Positions 27,410-36,294 of a stretch of 64,000 nucleotides of DNA are shown here, piece after piece. The notes under the pieces are model-generated. The model did not search any database and had not been told where the DNA came from. It saw only the letters and a program-made list of their open reading frames with translations. The DNA is taken from assembly GCA_021298595.1 (NCBI GenBank), contig JAJTHL010000004.1, positions 10,070 to 74,069 of the forward strand, read 5' to 3'. This stretch comes from Alphaproteobacteria bacterium (GTDB lineage Bacteria > Pseudomonadota > Alphaproteobacteria > Caedimonadales > UBA1908). Numbering within the stretch: position 1 is the stretch's first letter; every line of letters starts with the position of its first letter. A program made the position numbers and the translations under genes.

Positions 27410-28606
27410 TTAACGAGCCTCATCAAAAATTGTGCGCATATCCCTAATGACGCGGTCCTGTTGTGCATGGGTCAAGCTGGTATAAAGAGGCAAGCTCATG
27501 ATGGTCGCCCCCACTTTTTCTGCGTGGGGAAAATCACCTTCTTTGAACCCGTAGGTTTCCCGGTAAAAAGAAAACAAATGAGCCGGCGAATAATGCACCC
27601 CAAGCCCCACATTCTTTTCTTTCATTTTGGCAACGAAAGCGTCCCTTGTAAGAAACGTCTTTTCAAGGTTTAAAAGGGGTGTATAAATATGCCACGCGTG
27701 CAGGTGCGGGTATGAGGGCGCTGTGGGCAGAATGAGCTCGTCCCACCCCCGAAACGCCTCGTTATACCGTGCTACAAGTCCGTGACGATAAGCCGTAAAA
27801 CGATCAAGTTTGTCAATTTGATGAAGCCCCACAGCCGCTTGAAGATCCGACATATTGGCCTTAAAGCCAGCGACGACCACATCTATGGTATGACTTCCTT
27901 CTTTGCTATACCTATTCCAGGCGTCCCGGTCGATGCCGTAAAAGCGTAAGTGAGCCACTTTTTTTGCGATTTCGGGGTCGCGCGTCACAACACACCCACC
28001 CTCAGCTGTTGTCATATTTTTGCAGGGATGAAAGCTAAATACTTGGATATCACCAAATTCCCCAATACGTTTTTGATCGTACTCAGCCCCCACCGCGTGG
28101 GCAGCATCCTCGATTACACGAAGCCCTTTTTCTTTGGCAAAGGCATAGAGCGGGGCACAGTCTACAGGAAGGCCCGCAAAGTGCACCGGCATAATGGCCT
28201 TGGTGCGGGGTGTCAGGGCTTTTTCTAAAAGCCGCATATCCATGTTAAACGTCTGGGGGTCTATATCCACAAGAACAGGTGTAGCCCCCGAGTGGACAAT
28301 GGTATTCAAGGTCGCAACAAACGTCATGGGCGTCGTGATCACCTCATCTCCTACCCCTACTCCCACTGCTTTCAACGCAATATGAAGACCAGATGTTGCA
28401 GAATTGACCACATGTGCGTACGGCGCTCTGAGATAGGTGCGCAACTTCTCTTCAAAGGCCTGGACACGGGGCCCCGTAGCAATCCATCCTGATTGAAGGC
28501 AGGCAACAACTTCTGCGATTTCTTCTGGCCCAATATCTGGCTTAGCAAAGGGAATAAAAACGCTTGAATCGTCTGAAACACCTGAAAGTTTAGCTGCGTG
28601 TGACAA
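27410..28606 (-). CDS. arnB: UDP-4-amino-4-deoxy-L-arabinose:2-oxoglutarate aminotransferase (DegT/DnrJ/EryC1 family)
   Basis: 398 aa. IPFAKPDIGPEE...GWIATGPRV..FE...NSATSGLHIAL...FSFHPCKN (PLP lysine) matches ArnB. Confidence 0.9.
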   Translation of the reverse strand: MSHAAKLSGVSDDSSVFIPFAKPDIGPEEIAEVVACLQSGWIATGPRVQAFEEKLRTYLRAPYAHVVNSATSGLHIALKAVGVGVGDEVITTPMTFVATLNTIVHSGATPVLVDIDPQTFNMDMRLLEKALTPRTKAIMPVHFAGLPVDCAPLYAFAKEKGLRVIEDAAHAVGAEYDQKRIGEFGDIQVFSFHPCKNMTTAEGGCVVTRDPEIAKKVAHLRFYGIDRDAWNRYSKEGSHTIDVVVAGFKANMSDLQAAVGLHQIDKLDRFTAYRHGLVARYNEAFRGWDELILPTAPSYPHLHAWHIYTPLLNLEKTFLTRDAFVAKMKEKNVGLGVHYSPAHLFSFYRETYGFKEGDFPHAEKVGATIMSLPLYTSLTHAQQDRVIRDMRTIFDEAR

Positions 28607-28970
28607 GATACACTCCCACTAAAATAACAAAAATACCGCACCACCGTGTCAAAGATAGGCTCTCCCCTAAATAATAGGCCCCCACAAGGGCCGTGAGGAC
28701 GTACCCAAGGCTCGACAGAGGGTATGCATAACTTACCTCAACCCTCGCCAAAACAAAAATCCACAAGGCAACGCTTAGCACGTATAACACAAGCCCAAAA
28801 AAAATGGCAGGATTTAACGCAAGACGCAACGACAACTCCAAAAGGTTTTGCCATGAAACTTGTACATCACCAAACGTACGTGCCCCCATCTTTAAAAGGA
28901 TTTGTGCGCCCGTGTTTAAAAGAATACAAAGGCCAATAAGGGGAAGTGTCAGCATCTTGGCGTTTATCAT
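28590..28970 (-). CDS. small EamA/SMR-like 4-TM protein, ArnE/ArnF-type undecaprenyl-phosphate-Ara4N flippase subunit (single copy)
   Basis: 126 aa with four hydrophobic helices. Ends with ...FVILVGVYLV. It lies between arnT and arnB. Confidence 0.65.
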   Translation of the reverse strand: MINAKMLTLPLIGLCILLNTGAQILLKMGARTFGDVQVSWQNLLELSLRLALNPAIFFGLVLYVLSVALWIFVLARVEVSYAYPLSSLGYVLTALVGAYYLGESLSLTRWCGIFVILVGVYLVTRS

Positions 28971-30641
28971 TTAGCGTTCTCCCACAAGTAAGAGATCTTG
29001 TTCTGTTTCTCCCACAATCTTAAGGTCATTGATGCCAAGATCTTTAAGATAATCAAGGGATGATTTGCGCGTGACGATGAAAAAACGACCGCCTTTCTGG
29101 TAAAGCTTGACAAAATCTTCTTGAGGCATCATCCATGCACTGGTGTTTTCGACGCCCATACCAAAACTCAGCTCGCCCTTCCAGTTTGTGACAATCACAC
29201 GCCTTCCGATATAAGGGGGTAAATCTTGATAGTAGCGATTGTGCGACACAACATGGTCTTGTGGCCTAATCTGGGCGTTAATCATCTGGGCAAGTGGCTT
29301 AATAGAGCGCCCCTCCAAAAGGGACCATGATGCATTTAAGAGAGGAAGTAAAAAGCTACTTAACACCACAATCAGAACACGAAGTCCTTGCCAATATGCC
29401 CGCAGAATCAAAGCCCCTGACCCTGCCAATGCCATCACCAACACAACGCCAAGCCAAAAGGGTCTGAGCTCTTTTGAACTCAAAAGATCCTGGGTAAAAA
29501 GCGCGATAGGCACCGCCACGGCAATCAAAAAACAGGTGACTGAAAGGGCAAGGGCCTGGCGCTTTAAAAGAGAGAGTCGCGGATGGGAAGTAGCCAGAAA
29601 AGGACCCACCAGAAGCGCCATGGGTGGAAAAACACACAGAATATAAGGAATGAGTTTTGACTTTGAAAAAGAAAAGAAAAGGAAGACAAACACAAACCAA
29701 AGGGTAAAGAACAGCTCGTTCTTTGCTCCCTTTTCTGCCCTGCCTTTAATTGCCCTCCCTAGTTGAACAAGTGCGTCTTTCAAAGGCGTGAGCAAAAAGG
29801 CGCTCCACGGCATCCATCCCACCGCAATGATGGGGATAAAAAACCAAATTGGCTGGTATCGACTATGGGCGGTTGTCAGATATCTCTCAAAATGCTCGTG
29901 GATGAAATAGAAATGCAAAAACTCAGGGTTTCTGTGCGCCGCAAGGATGTGCCAGGGGGCCGCAATCGCAAAAAAGAGCGCCACACCCCAGGGCGTAAAA
30001 GCAAGCTTGATCGGTGCGACTTCTTTGATGATAAGCGCCCATAACAAAATCACGCATCCCGGTAACACAGCACCTATGAGACCTTTTGTTAGGACAGCAA
30101 GGGCCATCATCACAAAAAAGCTTCCTAAGTACCATCGCTGTCGCAGTCGGTTGATTTCACCGTACGCCATAAAAAAGCTGAAAAGTCCAAGGCTAATCCA
30201 AGTGGAGACGGCCATATCTAAAATCAAAAGCCGGGTATGGGCGTAGTAGAGAATATTGGTCCCAAGGGCAAGGGTTGACCATGTTGCGGCGCTTACGCCG
30301 TACAGATGGTTAGAAACAAAAAAAAGTCCCATACAACCAAGAAACCCCAAAGCTGCTGGCCAAAAGCGCATGGCGGCCTCATTGACACCCCAAACTTTCA
30401 AAGAAAGGCTGGTCATCCAGTACATCAAGGGTGGCTTTTCAAAGTACTTCACGCCGTTTAGACGAGGCGTGACATAGTCGCCAGTCTCAACCATTTCACG
30501 CGCGATTTCCGTGTAGCGTCCTTCGTCAGGCGCAGAAAGGGGTCTCGTGCCTATCATGAAGGCAAAAAGAATCCCTAAAAACGCCATGACCAGCACAAAA
30601 CGCTGTAGAAAAAATCGGTTAAACGACATGGAAACGATCAC
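28971..30641 (-). CDS. arnT: lipid A 4-amino-4-deoxy-L-arabinose transferase (GT39/PMT_2 family)
   Basis: 556 aa polytopic protein. The N-terminal PLSAPDEGRYTEIAREMVETGDYVTPRLNGVKYFEKPPLMYW is characteristic of ArnT. GTG start at 30641 or ATG at 30629. Confidence 0.85.
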   Translation of the reverse strand: MIVSMSFNRFFLQRFVLVMAFLGILFAFMIGTRPLSAPDEGRYTEIAREMVETGDYVTPRLNGVKYFEKPPLMYWMTSLSLKVWGVNEAAMRFWPAALGFLGCMGLFFVSNHLYGVSAATWSTLALGTNILYYAHTRLLILDMAVSTWISLGLFSFFMAYGEINRLRQRWYLGSFFVMMALAVLTKGLIGAVLPGCVILLWALIIKEVAPIKLAFTPWGVALFFAIAAPWHILAAHRNPEFLHFYFIHEHFERYLTTAHSRYQPIWFFIPIIAVGWMPWSAFLLTPLKDALVQLGRAIKGRAEKGAKNELFFTLWFVFVFLFFSFSKSKLIPYILCVFPPMALLVGPFLATSHPRLSLLKRQALALSVTCFLIAVAVPIALFTQDLLSSKELRPFWLGVVLVMALAGSGALILRAYWQGLRVLIVVLSSFLLPLLNASWSLLEGRSIKPLAQMINAQIRPQDHVVSHNRYYQDLPPYIGRRVIVTNWKGELSFGMGVENTSAWMMPQEDFVKLYQKGGRFFIVTRKSSLDYLKDLGINDLKIVGETEQDLLLVGER

Positions 30642-30656
30642 TTACATTATGTTCGC

Positions 30657-30684
30657 ACTTTAGGGGCTCTACCTCAAATGTCAA
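30657..30684 (-). promoter_or_regulatory. candidate sigma-70 promoter for the arn operon
   Basis: On the minus strand: TTGACA, 16 nt, TAAAGT, about 15-25 nt upstream of the arnT start. Motif match only. Confidence 0.3.
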
Positions 30685-30733
30685 CGTCTATTTGCAAGGA
30701 GTGCGAAGGGGCTCTTAGCTCCCTATTGGAGGG

Positions 30734-31597
30734 TTAAAGTCTATTCAAAGGCACCTTGAGGTAATAAACACCATTTTGAGGATTCCCAAAGCTTCCTGCC
30801 CTTAGATTCACTTGAAGAGCGGGAATAAGCATTTTAGGTACTGCTTTTCCCTCATCGTCTTTTTGACGTGTTAACACGTAATCTTCTTGGGTGATGCCAG
30901 CGCGCACGCGAATATTCTTTTCTTTTTGTACCCCGATAGTTGTGGCCGCCATAATGGGACGTGATCCATCTGGGGGATAATCATGGCCTACATACATCCG
31001 GTAATGGTCAGGAAACTCCAAGAGCTTTTGACACGACACGTAAGAATCATCAGCACTACCCCCAGGAAAATCGCATCGCCCTGTTCCCACATCAGGCAAA
31101 AACATGGCATCCCCCACAAAGACGCTCTCGCCAATCACGTAGGCACCGTCAACGGGTGTGTGCCCTGGTACTGAAAGAAACATGGCATCAAGATTTCCTA
31201 TGGAAAAACGCGCGCCGTCTTCAAAAAGCATATCAAACTGCTCACCGGTCAAGGGGGTGTCAGTATCGTTTTGAAAAAGGGGCTGCCAGGTTTTGAGGAC
31301 CTCTTTGATGCGCACGCCGATCCCCGTGCGGGCGCCCAGCTTTTTCTTTAAATAAGCGGCCGCTGTCAAGTGATCTGCATGAATATGGGTTTCTAAAATC
31401 CATTCAAGGGTCAGGTCTTGCGTGTCAATAAAAGAAATTAGCGCGTCAGCGCTGTCTGTCGAGGTGCGCCCCGAAAAAATATCATAGTCCAACACACTGT
31501 CAATGACCGCACAGGCCTTTGTTTGCCCGCACCATACCACATAGGTCCACGTGGCTGTGGCTTGATCGAAGAATGTCTTAACCTGGGGTATGTCCAT
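30734..31597 (-). CDS. MBL-fold metallo-hydrolase (glyoxalase II / persulfide dioxygenase-like)
   Basis: 287 aa. ETHIHADHLT (HxHxDH) and later GHTP and HDY metal ligands. Confidence 0.8.
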   Translation of the reverse strand: MDIPQVKTFFDQATATWTYVVWCGQTKACAVIDSVLDYDIFSGRTSTDSADALISFIDTQDLTLEWILETHIHADHLTAAAYLKKKLGARTGIGVRIKEVLKTWQPLFQNDTDTPLTGEQFDMLFEDGARFSIGNLDAMFLSVPGHTPVDGAYVIGESVFVGDAMFLPDVGTGRCDFPGGSADDSYVSCQKLLEFPDHYRMYVGHDYPPDGSRPIMAATTIGVQKEKNIRVRAGITQEDYVLTRQKDDEGKAVPKMLIPALQVNLRAGSFGNPQNGVYYLKVPLNRL

Positions 31598-31762
31598 GAC
31601 AGAGTCTCCTTAGAGTAAGCATGGTTATCATATCTTGTTGGAATCAAGGCACATAAATGGTTCCTCAAAAACAAAGGGCGTCGGCGTTTTTCAATCCCAG
31701 ACGGCTTTGCCTACCGTGATGGACGTGGGGCAACTTGGCCCACTTCACCATTGACAGCCGTC

Positions 31763-33070
31763 TTAGCCCGTGCGTTCCAAAGAAAAATTTACCAAAAAGA
31801 ACGCAGGCACACTATCACCGAAACCAAGGACAGGCCCCTTAGGCAAAGGAGGCCCTTTAGGGCGTCTCTCTTTGACGTGCACCACTTTGATCTCTTGGAT
31901 GTCCTCTTTCACGTGTTTTGCCTCTTTCTCTTTTGCGGCTGGCTTTTCTTCATCCACCTTAAAGGCTTGCCTTGGCAAAGCCTTACCCAACATTTTTTCG
32001 AGGGCTTTTAAATTTCTTTGCTCTTTGGTGTCCACAAAGGTGATGGCCTTGCCAGAGTTCCCAGCACGACCCGTGCGACCAATACGGTGCACGTACTCCT
32101 CGGGGTTCAAGGGAAGCCCAAGGTTAAACACCATGGGAAGGTCGGCAACATCGATTCCGCGCGCCGCGACGTCACTTGCGACCAAAAGGCTGAGTTTTCC
32201 TTCTTTAAAGGCATCTAAGGTTTCTTTTCGTTGGGATTGGCTAAGATCGCCGTGAAGCTCTCCCACACTGAATCCTTGCTTTTTTAAATCACGACAAAGC
32301 TTTGATACTTCGAGTTTTCGATTACAAAAAATAATGGCAGAGGTCGGTTTTTCCAGGGCAAGGTAGTGAAGCATCGCCTTGGGCTTTAGGGTTGACGTTG
32401 TCTCGACAATCAGCTGCTCGATGGTTTCAGCGGACACTTCTTTTGGCGTGATGGTGATTTCAGCCGGATCCTTGAGAAAGCGCTCGGCGAGTTTGCGAAT
32501 GGGTGCTGACACCGTTGCGGAAAAAAGAAGCGTTTGACGACTTGTGGGTGTTTTCGAAACGATTTTTTCAACATCCGGCACAAAACCCATGTCAAGAAGA
32601 CGATCTGCTTCGTCAATAACCAAAAATTCAAGAGCACCCAGCATAATAGAGCCACGCTCTAAGATATCAAGCATGCGGCCTGGGGTTGCAATTAAAATAT
32701 CCACGCGCTTTTTCAGCTCTTTTTCTTGCTGGGCCATGGACTCGCCTCCGATCAGGGTCACAACACCAAGCTTGGTATTCTTGCCGTACTTTTCGGCCGT
32801 CTCTTGGACTTGTTGAGCAAGTTCCCTCGTGGGGGTCAGCACCAGCGCTCTCGGCATGCGGGCGCGCACGCGACCTTCTTGAAGCTTGCTTAAAAGCGGT
32901 AGCATAAAGGACGCGGTCTTTCCCGTTCCTGTTTGGGCACATCCAAATACGTCTCGCCCGTCAAGGACAACCGGTATGGCGGCTTGTTGAATGGGAGTCG
33001 GCTCGTTGTAGCCTGCCTCGGCAACGCTTTTGAGAATGCTCTCATGGAGAGCAAAGTTATTAAAGGTCAT
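31763..33070 (-). CDS. rhlE: DEAD-box ATP-dependent RNA helicase RhlE-like
   Basis: Q-motif EPTPIQ, motif I AQTGTGKT, PTRELA, DEAD (VIDEADRLLD), SAT, HRIGRTGRAG. Lys/Glu-rich C-terminal tail. Confidence 0.9.
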   Translation of the reverse strand: MTFNNFALHESILKSVAEAGYNEPTPIQQAAIPVVLDGRDVFGCAQTGTGKTASFMLPLLSKLQEGRVRARMPRALVLTPTRELAQQVQETAEKYGKNTKLGVVTLIGGESMAQQEKELKKRVDILIATPGRMLDILERGSIMLGALEFLVIDEADRLLDMGFVPDVEKIVSKTPTSRQTLLFSATVSAPIRKLAERFLKDPAEITITPKEVSAETIEQLIVETTSTLKPKAMLHYLALEKPTSAIIFCNRKLEVSKLCRDLKKQGFSVGELHGDLSQSQRKETLDAFKEGKLSLLVASDVAARGIDVADLPMVFNLGLPLNPEEYVHRIGRTGRAGNSGKAITFVDTKEQRNLKALEKMLGKALPRQAFKVDEEKPAAKEKEAKHVKEDIQEIKVVHVKERRPKGPPLPKGPVLGFGDSVPAFFLVNFSLERTG

Positions 33071-33443
33071 GGGTTAGAAATTCATCTCTATGTTCATCAA
33101 CACGATACACAACTTGACTATCATCAAATCCTATCAAATTGGTATCTTTTTTCTTCAGATAAGCACTTTTTAGGTCACTGGCAACTAGTTTCTTTTATTT
33201 CGTGACAAAAAAGACACATTTTAGGCTACTAAAAGGGAGGATCTTTAGAAATATCCCTAAGAATGAATCGCTCTCTTTTTAAATAAATGCTGTATGAACA
33301 GGTCATTTTTTCTTTTTCTATCATCACCACAAGAAGAAGGCTTATACCCCTATATCTTTTAGAGGGGGGCCCATTGCTTGAAGAGAAAGATCTTTTCTTT
33401 TTTGTCAAAATCTTTCCCTTTTTTAGAGCGTCATTTTATATAA

Positions 33444-34649
33444 TTACTGTATCTTCATGTCCCTTCTTTCGTCTTTTTTGATCAAATGGCCGTAGAGGAG
33501 AATACTTAAAAACGAACTCCCAAACATAAGCCCTGCAATGGGAAGGGCTGTCCCTTCAAAAAAGGTGCCCACCAAAAAGACTCCAACGGCACCAAGCGCC
33601 ATTTCAAGGGATCCCAAAAAGGCGGCACTTGTACCAACGCCTGCTTGGACTTCTCCAAAGGCAAGAGCAGTACCGTTAGGAAGGATAAACGCAAGCCCAA
33701 AGCTGAAAGGAAAGAGGAGCCCCTGGATGATTAAAGGACTTGTAAGGCTGCCATAGCTGAAGACGCCCAAAAGAAGCGCACTTATCATGCATAGACCAAG
33801 CCCTACAAGCAAAAGTGTCCTCAGACAAACGCGGTGAACAAGCTTGCTGTTAACAAGGGTGCCCAGCACATAAAGCGCCACGCCAGAAAACCCGTAGTAG
33901 CCGTAATCTTGGACAGGGACGTTAAGATAGCCCGTAAAAAGCACGGGAATACCAGAGAGCAGCCCCCAAAGCCCGCCAATCATCAGGCTTGGAATGCAAG
34001 CCATTTTAAGAAAGCGTGGATTTTGAAAGACCCCCTTGTATCCCTGCCCCATGGCTTTTAGAGAAAAGGCCGTCCGGTTTTCTTCCCGAAGGGTCTCAGG
34101 CATCCAAAGGAAAAGCAATAGCAAGAGGACAAAGGCTGCCACACTCACAACACCAAAGCACATTTGCCATCCGTAATGATAAGTCAAATACCCGCCAAGA
34201 ACAGGAGCAAGGCCCGGTGAAAGGGCGATGGCCATGCCCATGTAGGACAAGATTTCAGCGCTTTTCTTTTCATCAAAAAGATCACGCACAGCCGCAAACG
34301 ACACGACCACCGCAACCCCTGCCCCAAGCCCTTGAATAAACCTCGCCCCCAGAAGCAGGGTCATGGACGGTGCCACCAGGGAGAAAACCGACCCCACAAA
34401 GAAAAGTCCCATCCCCACGCGTAACGTCGCCCGCCGACCATACGCGTCAGAGCATGGCCCATAAAGAGGCCCAGACAACGCAAGACCCAAAAGATTAATA
34501 CTTACAGTCCACTGGACATCTGCCTCTGTGACTAAAAAATGCTGGGCCACAAGGGACAGCGAGGGGGTATAAATGGCTGTGGCCATCTCGGAAATGGCAA
34601 TTACAAGAACAAGCAAAAAGGGAACAACAACAGTAGAAGTGCGGTGCAT
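33444..34649 (-). CDS. MFS transporter (Bcr/CflA drug-resistance subfamily-like)
   Basis: 401 aa with 12 predicted TM segments and the MFS motif GPLYGPCSDAYGRR. Confidence 0.85.
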   Translation of the reverse strand: MHRTSTVVVPFLLVLVIAISEMATAIYTPSLSLVAQHFLVTEADVQWTVSINLLGLALSGPLYGPCSDAYGRRATLRVGMGLFFVGSVFSLVAPSMTLLLGARFIQGLGAGVAVVVSFAAVRDLFDEKKSAEILSYMGMAIALSPGLAPVLGGYLTYHYGWQMCFGVVSVAAFVLLLLLFLWMPETLREENRTAFSLKAMGQGYKGVFQNPRFLKMACIPSLMIGGLWGLLSGIPVLFTGYLNVPVQDYGYYGFSGVALYVLGTLVNSKLVHRVCLRTLLLVGLGLCMISALLLGVFSYGSLTSPLIIQGLLFPFSFGLAFILPNGTALAFGEVQAGVGTSAAFLGSLEMALGAVGVFLVGTFFEGTALPIAGLMFGSSFLSILLYGHLIKKDERRDMKIQ

Positions 34650-34875
34650 GATCCATATCCTTTAAACGTAAAATATTTTTTGAAGCCATGACGCTTCAAC
34701 TGACCGCACGATTAAAAGATAGGTATTGGTGATGATCATGCGGCATTGAGGGAAAATCAATGCCGGTCGCTAGGATGTTTTGATAACAGTCATTTTCAAA
34801 AAGTACTTTATTTATGAATTTCACTTTAATAATAGTCAGATCGTCAAAGTCGTGCAAGAACTTTGTCGGAAGCAC

Positions 34876-35340
34876 CTATTTTAGATATGCAGCAAAAAGG
34901 GCGTCCCCTTGCGCTGAAAGCCATGTTGGGAGAAGCACCGCAAGGGATTCTGGCCTGATATCCAAAGAATAAAGATCGTCAAGGGGCACCCATACAAGGG
35001 CCAAATGAGCCTCCTGGGGTTGAACCGGCAGATCTTTTTTAAGGTGGGGTGAGGTCACTTCAAAAGTCAGCATATATTCGTGCGCATGACACCGACTGCT
35101 GTGACCTGGCGCAAAGCGGTATTCCAAACACCCAAGGAACCTGGTAGCGACGCACGGCGCTCCCGTTTCTTCTTTGACCTCACGGCATAGGGCGTCTCTT
35201 GCCCCTTCTCCGCCCTCGACGTGTCCACCCGGCAGAAAATAAAAACTTTGAGGAAGATCCAAGGTTTGACACAACAGCACATGCCCCTGGTCAATGACCA
35301 CACCGCGCACCGTCACATGGATTTGATCAAAGGTGGACAT
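34876..35340 (-). CDS. NUDIX hydrolase
   Basis: Nudix box GGHVEGGEGARDALCREVKEETG. Confidence 0.8.
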   Translation of the reverse strand: MSTFDQIHVTVRGVVIDQGHVLLCQTLDLPQSFYFLPGGHVEGGEGARDALCREVKEETGAPCVATRFLGCLEYRFAPGHSSRCHAHEYMLTFEVTSPHLKKDLPVQPQEAHLALVWVPLDDLYSLDIRPESLAVLLPTWLSAQGDALFAAYLK

Positions 35341-35370
35341 ACTCTGATTTCTCTTTCATTTTTTGCGCAT

Positions 35371-35399
35371 AAAAAAAGCGACGTTCGAAAACGCCGCTT
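35371..35399 (-). terminator. rho-independent terminator after rpsD
   Basis: The minus-strand RNA reads AAGCGGCGUU-UUCG-AACGUCGCUU, a 10-bp stem with one G-U pair and a UUCG loop, followed by U7. Confidence 0.8.
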
Positions 35400-35420
35400 T
35401 CAAATCCAAGGTCTCTTTTA

Positions 35421-36038
35421 TTACCTAGAATAGTATTCCACCACAAGGTGTGGTTCCATTTGAACAGGATACGGCACGTCGGCCAACGCTGGACCACGAA
35501 GGAGCGTCCCCTTAAGACCCTTGGGGTCTACCTCAAAGTAATCTGGCACTTCGCGCTCTTGTGATTGTTGGGCCTCGAGCACCACCGTAAACTCACGGGC
35601 GCGTTGACGCACTTCAACCACATCACCGTCCTTTACTTGGTAAGAGGCAATGTTTACACGACGGCCATTGACCATGACATGACCATGGTTAATGAACTGA
35701 CGCGCCGCAAAAACCGTTGAGACAAACTTCAAGCGGTAAACAACAGCGTCCAAACGACGCTCAAGAAGAGAGATCAAGTTTTCACCTGTATCCCCACGAC
35801 GGCGTGCAGCCTCTTGATAAAGGCGACGGAACTGACGCTCTCCAATATTTCCGTAGTATCCCTTGAGCTGTTGCTTTGCGCGCAACTGAATCCCATAGTC
35901 AGAAATTTTACCTTGTCGGCTTTGGCCATGCTGACCAGGCTTGTAATTTCTTGCATTCAGTGGGCTGCTGGCACGACCCCAAAGGTTCACGCCAAGGCGG
36001 CGATCAATCTTGTATTTTGACTCTAAACGCTTTGTCAT
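35421..36038 (-). CDS. rpsD: 30S ribosomal protein S4
   Basis: 205 aa. [22 protein letters not shown]...YGIQLRAKQ...LERRLD.VVYRL...ARQ...HGH..VNG matches S4. Confidence 0.95.
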   Translation of the reverse strand: MTKRLESKYKIDRRLGVNLWGRASSPLNARNYKPGQHGQSRQGKISDYGIQLRAKQQLKGYYGNIGERQFRRLYQEAARRRGDTGENLISLLERRLDAVVYRLKFVSTVFAARQFINHGHVMVNGRRVNIASYQVKDGDVVEVRQRAREFTVVLEAQQSQEREVPDYFEVDPKGLKGTLLRGPALADVPYPVQMEPHLVVEYYSR

Positions 36039-36151
36039 AAACGACTCTTCTTTCCTTGTAATGCTCTAAAGCAAAAACTTCATCCACTCCACATACACCT
36101 TTTTAAAGCATTTTGTCAATGCTTCCAGGAGAGGTTTACCTGAAAATTCCG

Positions 36152-36228
36152 TGGTGCGCTCGAGAGGATTCGAACCTCCGACCCCAGGATTAGGAATCCT
36201 GTGCTCTATCCTGCTGAGCTACGAGCGC
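36152..36228 (-). tRNA. tRNA-Arg (anticodon CCT), CCA encoded
   Basis: Folded by hand as a 77-nt cloverleaf: acceptor GCGCTCG/CGAGCGC, D-arm GCTC/GAGC, anticodon stem CAGGA/TCCTG with loop TTCCTAA, T-arm GGAGG-TTCGAAT-CCTCT, discriminator A plus CCA. Confidence 0.9.
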
Positions 36229-36294
36229 GCCCACGTGCAATCTATTACAGTGCCTGGCCTTTGCCAAGAGCACATTAATCATAATTTATTTTTT

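Noticed and set aside
30641-30662. dif-like sequence (minus strand GTGCGAACATAATGTAAG, resembling the XerC arm and spacer GTGCGCATAATGTA of dif)
   Set aside because: Only one arm is similar and it contains an extra base. The XerD arm (TTATGTTAAAT) is absent. The sequence also coincides with the arnT 5' region and the putative -10 element.
33071-33443. 373-nt AT-rich spacer with a 64-aa ORF (33287..33481) between the rhlE and MFS genes
   Set aside because: The ORF is Phe/Ile-rich AT-bias noise with no SD and overlaps the MFS gene end. The region is more simply the rhlE promoter plus a long 5' UTR. Only short palindromes (AAAGATCTTT) were seen.
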